A DNA stretch of 64,000 nucleotides. Origin: Dehalococcoidia bacterium. GTDB taxonomy: Bacteria > Chloroflexota > Dehalococcoidia > Lucifugimonadales > VXLM01. The notes under the pieces were generated by a model. The model was not told the DNA's origin, did no database searches, and was given only the letters and a program-made list of their open reading frames with translations. Made by a program: the position numbers and the translations under genes. Every line of letters starts with the position of its first letter. The stretch's first letter is position 1. This document shows positions 34,425 to 41,133 of the stretch, piece by piece. Location: assembly GCA_965220255.1 (NCBI GenBank), contig OZ244816.1, forward strand, positions 369,124 through 433,123, given 5' to 3'.

Positions 34425-34512
34425 GTGAACAGTACGACTCTGGCCATGAGTTTCCAAAGTTGTGTGGATTCGACGTGCGTCAGCCCATATAATTGAACGA
34501 CTTATCGACCGA

Positions 34513-35553
34513 ATGGAGCGCGAAATGACTGCATCTATCCCCAGCCTCTTGCCCACAACCGTCATCGGGAGCCACGCCTACCCGGGCTGGATGTGGACGG
34601 CTTTGGACGAGATCGAGAAGGGCGGATACGGCGTCACCGATGAGCGCGAGCTGTACGACGACGCCGTGAATATGGCGATGCTCGACCAGGAGAAGGCGGG
34701 CGTCGACATCATCTCCGACGGGGAGATGCGCCGCTGGTACTTCGTGCAGAGCTTCTACAAGCGGATTGCGGGGATAGAGCAGGAGCCTGAGCTTCGGAAG
34801 GTTGGGCTGTACGGTTATGACTCTCCGCCTCGCTACAAGGCCATTGACAAGCTCGGCGTGCCGGGTGGTCTTGGTATCGTCGAGGAGTACCGGTATGCTC
34901 GGGCCAACACGACCAAACCCATCAAGATGACCTGTCCCGGGCCCCTGACGCTGACGATTCACATTCGTCCAGGCGACGTGTACAGGGACCGGGTCGAGAT
35001 GTCCTGGGAATTCGCGAAGGCGATCAACAGGGAACTCAAGGCATTGGTGGCCGAAGGCGTCGACTACATCCAACTCGACGAACCCTCCTTCGCCGTTATT
35101 CCGGGTCAGCTCGATGACTGGATCGACCTATACAACGCGGCGGTGGAGGGGGTGAATGCGAAGCTGGCACTGCACATCTGCTTTGGGAATCTCACCAGCA
35201 GGCCACGCGGCAAGCGCTCGTTCGCGTGGATGTTCCCGAAGGTGCAGGAGTGCCGGTACGACGAACTGGTGCTCGAATACGCAAACCGGGAGATGAGCGA
35301 GATCGAACACTGGAAGGACTGGGTCGGCGACAAGAAGCTTGGCATTGGGGTCATCGACGTGAAGTCGTTCTATGTCGAGAGCCCCGAGGACGTGGCGGAG
35401 CGTATCCGGCTCGCGATGCAGTACGGCCCGGCTGAACAACTGGTGGTGAACCCTGACTGCGGATTCTTCCAGCTTCCCCGGTGGATTACGCGGCTCAAGC
35501 TGGAGTCGATGGTGGCGGGAGCGAAGATCGTGCGCGGCGAGCTGGGACAGTAG
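34513..35553 (+). CDS. Cobalamin-independent methionine-synthase-like protein (MetE C-terminal catalytic-domain family); start ATG 34513 or 34525
   Basis: PTTVIGS..YP; zinc-ligand contexts LHICFGN and NPDCGF. About 345 aa, so only the catalytic half of a full MetE. Confidence 0.75.
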   Translation: MEREMTASIPSLLPTTVIGSHAYPGWMWTALDEIEKGGYGVTDERELYDDAVNMAMLDQEKAGVDIISDGEMRRWYFVQSFYKRIAGIEQEPELRKVGLYGYDSPPRYKAIDKLGVPGGLGIVEEYRYARANTTKPIKMTCPGPLTLTIHIRPGDVYRDRVEMSWEFAKAINRELKALVAEGVDYIQLDEPSFAVIPGQLDDWIDLYNAAVEGVNAKLALHICFGNLTSRPRGKRSFAWMFPKVQECRYDELVLEYANREMSEIEHWKDWVGDKKLGIGVIDVKSFYVESPEDVAERIRLAMQYGPAEQLVVNPDCGFFQLPRWITRLKLESMVAGAKIVRGELGQ

Positions 35554-35564
35554 AGTTCTTGCCG

Positions 35565-35849
35565 ATGCTACAGGTCACGGACGCGGCAAGGGACGAGCTC
35601 AAGACTATCCTGGACTCAAGGAGCCTCCCGGAGGGACGGTTCTTGAAACTGGCGGTCAAGCCGGAGTGGACGGGCCCAGGCGACTTCGGAGTGGTCATCG
35701 ATATGGAAAAGGGCGGCGAGATCTTCTTCGAGCACGAAGGAACGGTCGTCCTCGCGATCGATCCGGGACTCGCCGAGAATCTCGAAAGCTCAGTGTTCGA
35801 CTTCAAGCAGACGCCCCAGGGAGCGGGCTTCACGCTGGACGTATATTAG
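35565..35849 (+). CDS. HesB/IscA-like fold protein lacking the conserved cysteines
   Basis: 94 aa from ATG 35565. The pattern M.QVTDAA...L......FLKLAVK.....G.FG...D.......FE..G..V.ID......L..SV.DF......GF.L matches the IscA scaffold layout, but no Cys is present. Confidence 0.45.
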   Translation: MLQVTDAARDELKTILDSRSLPEGRFLKLAVKPEWTGPGDFGVVIDMEKGGEIFFEHEGTVVLAIDPGLAENLESSVFDFKQTPQGAGFTLDVY

Positions 35850-35948
35850 GCCGTTCGGGGAGTGGCAAGGATGACAAGCTCGTGCGGTAGTTTCAACGAT
35901 CCCCACACTGACGCAAGTTCCACTTTGCGTCACGCCCGGTATCGATAG

Positions 35949-36770
35949 TTGCGCAACTCCGATGTGACAGTCAGGTCGTCGGAAGCTCGGTTTCTATCCG
36001 GTGTGGACGACATCGTCCAGTCATTCGTCAGGACTCCGCTCTGGATTACCCTCGGTTGGTACGACTTCGAGCTGCAGTACCGTCGAGCATTCATTGGCCC
36101 TCTGTGGGAAGTCATTATTGTAGGAGTGTGGGTAGCCGGGCTGGGCCTTCTCTTTGGTCGCCTGCTTGGTCACGATCAGGGAGACTACCTGGTATACATG
36201 GCGGCCGGCGTGGTGCTTTGGCAGTACGTGTCAAATACGCTCACGACGGGGGCGAACGTATTCGTCGTGAATGCGCGGCAGATCGTTTCAATCAACAACC
36301 CACTCTATACCTACGTACTACGGAACGTCGTCGAGCACATGGTCAAGTTGGGTATCCATTCGCTGGTGTTCATTGCCGTCATGATTATCACGCAAACTCC
36401 TGTTAAGCCGATGATGCTTCTCGCGCTCCCGGGACTGGTGACCCTGGCTGTCACCACCTTATGGGCTGTACCGCTATTGGGATTCATCGGGACGAGGTTC
36501 CGTGACTTTACACATCTTCTCCGAGCGGTGATGAGGTTTCTCTTCTTTGCCACGCCGGTATTCTGGTACGCAGACGGCCTGAACGACCGGGCCTATCTGG
36601 CGAACTACAACCCATTCACGCACTTCCTCGAGATCGTGAGGGCGCCGCTGACCGGTGAGACGGCCTCCTTGACCTCGTGGGGAGTCGTCTTGGCAATTAA
36701 CGTCGTCGGCATCGCGATCATGTTCGCGACGTACAGTCGGCTGCGCAGATCACTCACGCTCTGGATCTGA
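35949..36770 (+). CDS. wzm: ABC-2-type polysaccharide/teichoic-acid export permease (Wzm/TagG/KpsM-like); start uncertain (TTG 35949 or GTG 35964)
   Basis: About 270 aa, 6 TM helices. ...LGWYDFELQYRRAFIGPLWEVI... has the N-terminal motif typical of ABC-2 exporters. It sits 3 nt upstream of the cognate ATPase gene. Confidence 0.75.
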   Translation: MRNSDVTVRSSEARFLSGVDDIVQSFVRTPLWITLGWYDFELQYRRAFIGPLWEVIIVGVWVAGLGLLFGRLLGHDQGDYLVYMAAGVVLWQYVSNTLTTGANVFVVNARQIVSINNPLYTYVLRNVVEHMVKLGIHSLVFIAVMIITQTPVKPMMLLALPGLVTLAVTTLWAVPLLGFIGTRFRDFTHLLRAVMRFLFFATPVFWYADGLNDRAYLANYNPFTHFLEIVRAPLTGETASLTSWGVVLAINVVGIAIMFATYSRLRRSLTLWI

Positions 36771-36773
36771 TTC

Positions 36774-38312
36774 ATGGATAGCGACTACGCCATCAGCTTG
36801 CAGGACGTGACGCTGGAGATTCCGGCGCGGCGCCGAATTCCGCATCGCGCAAGAAGGGGGACGAGCGCGTCCCAAGCTGCGCCTACGCAGATCGGTGGGA
36901 GGCTGAGCTTCGGTCGTGGATCCTCAACCACCGTCACGATCTTGGACGGCGTGAACATCGCCATTTCAAAGGGACAGCGCGTCGGTCTCATTGGGGCTAA
37001 CGGGGCCGGCAAGAGCACTCTCTTGAGGGTGATAGCAGGAATCTACCACCCTACACGCGGGGTTGCGGAGACCCGGGGAACGATATCCACCCTGTTCCCG
37101 GAACTCCTCGGCGTGCGACCTGACGCCACCGGGCTGGAGAACATTGTTCTCACCGGAGTCCTTCTTGGTCTGACGAAGAAGGAGATCAGTAGAAGGTTAC
37201 CGGAGATCATCGAGTTCACGGAGCTCGGCGATTACATCTACATGCCTATTCGGACGTACTCGACGGGAATGCGTACCCGGCTCGTGCTGTCGATAGCGAC
37301 GTGCATTCGCCCTGACATTCTCCTCGTTGACGAGGTGATCGGCGTCGGGGACAAGAGCTTTCGGCTCAAGGCCAAGGACCGTTTCAATGAGATGATGACC
37401 TCCGCGAATACTCTGATAGTCGTCTCACAGTCTCCCGAGATCATCCGCGAGTTCTGCACCGAGGCGATCTGGCTGGAGCGCGGCCAGGTGAGGAACATGG
37501 GGCAAGTGGACGACGTGCTGCGTGCGTATGCTGCCCATGCGGCAGGCACAAACGAGGGAATGGCCTCTGACTCCAAGACGCTGCTGGAGGCACGCGACAA
37601 CCTTGCCGGGGATGGGAACCTGAACTGGTCGCCGGACATACCAATCACAAGCTGGGATGGCGTCACGGTTGGGGGCAACCCAAGTCGGGTGACCCGGCTG
37701 ATTCTCCGCGAAAGCCAACTCAGGGGTTCAGTTCCGAAGGCGTTGGGGGATCTTGCGGAGCTTACTCACCTGGACCTTCGAAGCAATCAATTGAGCGGAG
37801 AGATTCCGTCGGGATTGGGACGACTTTCAAAATTGGTGATACTCGACCTCCATAGCAACAACTTGGAAGGTCCAATCCCTCCGGAATTGGGTAAACTCAC
37901 CGACCTGAAGGTCCTCAATCTACACAGCAACAGGTTGAGTGGCCCCATCACCAAGGAACTCAGTCAGATCACATCACTAGAAGGGCTATACCTTCACAAC
38001 AATCGATTGAGCGGTACAATACCGGTTGAGTTGGGCAATCTCAGGATTCTGGATAACCTGTGGCTCTCCACCAACCGGCTGAGCGGGGAAGTGCCCGCCG
38101 AGCTTGGCAATTTGACCGACCTTACCAAGCTCAGCCTCCACGGCAACCGGTTGAGTGGGACCATACCATCCGAGTTGGGAAACCTCGGCAAAAGCCTGCA
38201 GTTCTACCGCCTCAGCGGAAACAATTTCGTTGGGTGCATTCCGGCTGGGCTGGCAAACGTAGCTGACACGGACCAACACCAGCTCGGTCTGCAGGTATGC
38301 TCAGACAATTGA
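36774..38312 (+). CDS. wzt: Polysaccharide-export ABC ATPase (Wzt/TagH-like NBD) fused to a C-terminal plant-type leucine-rich-repeat domain
   Basis: 512 aa. Walker A GANGAGKST, YSTGMRTRL signature, Walker B ILLVDEVIGVGD. From aa 283 (nt 37620): LNWSPDIPITSWDGVTVGG..RVTRLIL cap, then eight 24-aa repeats L..L..L.L..N.LSG.IP..LG. Confidence 0.8.
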   Translation: MDSDYAISLQDVTLEIPARRRIPHRARRGTSASQAAPTQIGGRLSFGRGSSTTVTILDGVNIAISKGQRVGLIGANGAGKSTLLRVIAGIYHPTRGVAETRGTISTLFPELLGVRPDATGLENIVLTGVLLGLTKKEISRRLPEIIEFTELGDYIYMPIRTYSTGMRTRLVLSIATCIRPDILLVDEVIGVGDKSFRLKAKDRFNEMMTSANTLIVVSQSPEIIREFCTEAIWLERGQVRNMGQVDDVLRAYAAHAAGTNEGMASDSKTLLEARDNLAGDGNLNWSPDIPITSWDGVTVGGNPSRVTRLILRESQLRGSVPKALGDLAELTHLDLRSNQLSGEIPSGLGRLSKLVILDLHSNNLEGPIPPELGKLTDLKVLNLHSNRLSGPITKELSQITSLEGLYLHNNRLSGTIPVELGNLRILDNLWLSTNRLSGEVPAELGNLTDLTKLSLHGNRLSGTIPSELGNLGKSLQFYRLSGNNFVGCIPAGLANVADTDQHQLGLQVCSDN

Positions 38313-38334
38313 CCGGAATCAGCGTCAAGCAAGC

Positions 38335-41133
38335 ATGGTAGAAACACATAAGCCCGAATCAATGGAACACACGCATGTGAGAGATCGTGTCTCCCAGGTG
38401 TACCTTGGCATCATGGACTGGGGTCCCATGGGCGACGTTCTCCGTCGTCGAGTCGACTGGATGGCTGAGCAGGCCCAGGGGCCCAGAGTGTTGGACGTGG
38501 GCTGCAGTGAGGGGATCCTGGAGGTGCTGCTCGCACGCCGTGGAATGGACGTTACGGGTGTGGAGGTGAACCCCGACGCCCTTGAATTCGCTTACGAACT
38601 GCTTGCCGAAGAGCCGGACGAGGTACGCAGCCGCGCGAAGCTGATTCAAGGGGACTTCATCTCCGAGCGGCCGGTAACCGGTCATTTCGACACCGTTGTC
38701 CTGGGCGAGATTCTCGAACATCTCCACGATCCCGGTCCGCTGCTGGAGCGGAGCCTGGAGCACTTGCGCCCGGGTGGGCTGCTCGTCATTACGACCCCCT
38801 TTGGACTGCATCCACACGAAGACCATCATCAGACCTTCTACCTTACGGACATGATCGACGCGCTCAAACCGAGGCTTGCACTTGAGCACATGAGCGTGGA
38901 GGACAGCTATATACGCTTCGTTGGCAGCATGTCGGAGAACTGCGAGGCTTCCTGGCAGTGGCTCGATGCCGAGGCGGTCTTATCCATGACACAGACGGCG
39001 CTCGTCGCCTCAGACGCCAAGCTGGACGAAATGCTGACGAAGCGAGAGGACCGGATCCAGGAACTCACACGCCAGAGGAACTATCTGAGAGATGAGAACC
39101 AGGACCTCAAGCGACAGGTCAGGTTCGACAAGATGGCATTGGGCCGGTTTAAAAGAAACCTCGATGCCAGGACGGGAGAAGTACGGGTACTCAGGCACCG
39201 ACTGCAGTCAGCATATTCGAGTACATCCTTCCTAACCGGAGCAGCATTGGTGCGCGCCGTCAAGCAGCCGCACACTCTGTGGAAGCTTCCGTTACAGATG
39301 TTGCGCCTTTATGGAGCCGCTTCCAAACCTTCGGCAGAACTCACCCCGGATGAAGACCTGGCCAAGCGATACAAGTACATTCCCAAGAGTCTGAATCTAG
39401 ACATCACGGAATTCCTCACCTACCCGCCCATGGACTTGCCTGAGGCAAAGTCGGACGGTCCGCCTGTTGCAGCCATTCTCGACACATTCACTGAGCACTC
39501 TCTGCGATATGAGGCAAATCTCCTGCTGTTGTCCCTCGAGAATTGGCGCGATCAATTGGAGAAGACCCCGCCCGCCTTCCTCTTTGTCGAGTCAGCCTTC
39601 AGCGGCAACAACCGTGAGTGGCGACACAAGATAGTCGGCTACGAGAACCTTGAGGACAATCCGCTCCGAGAGTTGCTGCAATACTGCCGTTCGAAGGGGA
39701 TCCCAACGGTATTCTGGAACAAGGAAGACCCTCCACACTTTGATGACTTTATCGGAGCCGCCAGAGAGTTCGACTACGTATTCACGTCCGATGAGCACTG
39801 TGTCCCGATATATCGCGAGACCTTGGGTCACGACAGGGTCTACGTAATGCCTTTCGCCGCACAGCCGCGGCTCCACAATCCGTCTCAGGAGGAAGGTTGG
39901 CCCAACTATCCCGTGTGCTTTCCGGGAAGCTGGCAGCAGCACAGATATCCTGAACGCGCGGAGGCGCTTCAAAACATGCTGGACCCTGCCCTACCGCTCG
40001 GCCTTCATATATTTGATCGTAATCTCACGCGAAGGGACTTGGGTCCGTACTATCGCTTCCCGGATCAATACAAGGAAGCGATCAAGGGTTACCTCACGTA
40101 CCAAGAAATGCTGACGGTGTACCGGTGTTACGACGTGCTCCTGAACGTGAACACCGTGAGCGACTCTCCAACGATGTTCTCACGCCGAGTCTTCGAGAGT
40201 CTCGCATGTGGGACTCCCGTGATCTCCTCGGAGTCGGTGGGCATGAGCCGGATGCTCGGAGAGCACGTCAGAGTAGCGCACAGCAAGGAAGATACGATAG
40301 ACCACCTGTTGGAACTGATGGGGGATGAAGAAGCACGTATTCGAGAAGGGCACAAAGCTTACCGCTTCGTGCATGAGAACCACACCTACCGGCACCGGAT
40401 GAATGAGGTATTCCGGAACATAGGAATGGAATCGCTCGTTACCGAACAGCCGTCGGTGAGCGTCCTTATGCCCACCATGCGTCCCGAAAACGTGCTTCGA
40501 TGCATCGAGAATTTCACAAAGCAGGAATATGGGAATAAGGAACTGATCCTCATCCTGAACAATGCGGAGTTCGATCTCGATGACGTCCGAAAGCACACCG
40601 CCGGTATTCCCAACATCCAGGTGCTTCATGTCGAGGGGCGCACGACCTTGGGAGACTGTCTAAACAGGGGAGTGGCGGCGGCATCCGGCAGCTACGTTGC
40701 CAAGATGGACGATGACGATCATTACGGAGAACGGTTCTTGTCTGACAGTATTCTCGCAGCCTCGTTTTCGGATGCCGAGGTCGTTGGGAAGGCATCGTTC
40801 TTCATGTATTTCGAGGACGCGGACACAACGGCCCTTGCTGAAGTTGCGCGTGAGCACACATTCACCCATTTCGTAACTGGCGGGACGATGTTCATACGGT
40901 CCGACGTTGCCGGAGAAATACCATTCGATCCGATTTCGCTGAGGGAAGATACGAACTTCTTGCACGCCGCGACACAGGCCGGATGCCGTATCTACGCCGC
41001 CGACCGGTTCAACTTCATTCGGGTGCGGACAGACGATGTGTCCAATCACGCGGATCCGACGCCAGACATGGAGTTCCTCAGAAGGTGCAGGGCGAAGACG
41101 CCCGGCCTTGACCTGGACCGCGTGATGATATGA
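38335..41133 (+). CDS. Multidomain glycan-assembly protein: class I SAM methyltransferase, coiled coil, CgeB-like (GT1-fold) glycosyltransferase, GT2 glycosyltransferase
   Basis: 932 aa. Methyltransferase motif I VLDVGCSEGILEVLLARRG (aa about 45-165). Heptad-rich charged segment aa about 222-295 (KLDEMLTKREDRIQELTRQRNYLRDENQDLKRQV...). CgeB-like block aa about 375-695 (IPTVFWNKEDPPHFD..., LNVN...SPTMFSRRVFESLACGTPVIS). GT2 block aa about 705-900 (SVLMPTMRPENV..., AKMDDDDHY). Confidence 0.75.
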   Translation: MVETHKPESMEHTHVRDRVSQVYLGIMDWGPMGDVLRRRVDWMAEQAQGPRVLDVGCSEGILEVLLARRGMDVTGVEVNPDALEFAYELLAEEPDEVRSRAKLIQGDFISERPVTGHFDTVVLGEILEHLHDPGPLLERSLEHLRPGGLLVITTPFGLHPHEDHHQTFYLTDMIDALKPRLALEHMSVEDSYIRFVGSMSENCEASWQWLDAEAVLSMTQTALVASDAKLDEMLTKREDRIQELTRQRNYLRDENQDLKRQVRFDKMALGRFKRNLDARTGEVRVLRHRLQSAYSSTSFLTGAALVRAVKQPHTLWKLPLQMLRLYGAASKPSAELTPDEDLAKRYKYIPKSLNLDITEFLTYPPMDLPEAKSDGPPVAAILDTFTEHSLRYEANLLLLSLENWRDQLEKTPPAFLFVESAFSGNNREWRHKIVGYENLEDNPLRELLQYCRSKGIPTVFWNKEDPPHFDDFIGAAREFDYVFTSDEHCVPIYRETLGHDRVYVMPFAAQPRLHNPSQEEGWPNYPVCFPGSWQQHRYPERAEALQNMLDPALPLGLHIFDRNLTRRDLGPYYRFPDQYKEAIKGYLTYQEMLTVYRCYDVLLNVNTVSDSPTMFSRRVFESLACGTPVISSESVGMSRMLGEHVRVAHSKEDTIDHLLELMGDEEARIREGHKAYRFVHENHTYRHRMNEVFRNIGMESLVTEQPSVSVLMPTMRPENVLRCIENFTKQEYGNKELILILNNAEFDLDDVRKHTAGIPNIQVLHVEGRTTLGDCLNRGVAAASGSYVAKMDDDDHYGERFLSDSILAASFSDAEVVGKASFFMYFEDADTTALAEVAREHTFTHFVTGGTMFIRSDVAGEIPFDPISLREDTNFLHAATQAGCRIYAADRFNFIRVRTDDVSNHADPTPDMEFLRRCRAKTPGLDLDRVMI

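Noticed and set aside
34425-34512. A riboswitch (SAM or B12) upstream of the MetE-like gene
   Set aside because: The gap is only about 88 nt and shows none of the conserved cores I can recall, such as the B12 box.
37620-38309. Plant or other eukaryotic contamination, or a chimeric assembly, as the source of the plant-type LRR segment
   Set aside because: The LRR is in frame with a bacterial Wzt-type NBD and has no stop or intron-like interruption. It lies inside a tightly packed bacterial operon, and the lower GC extends over neighbouring bacterial-type genes too. A chimera cannot be fully excluded without reads, so it is listed as a check.
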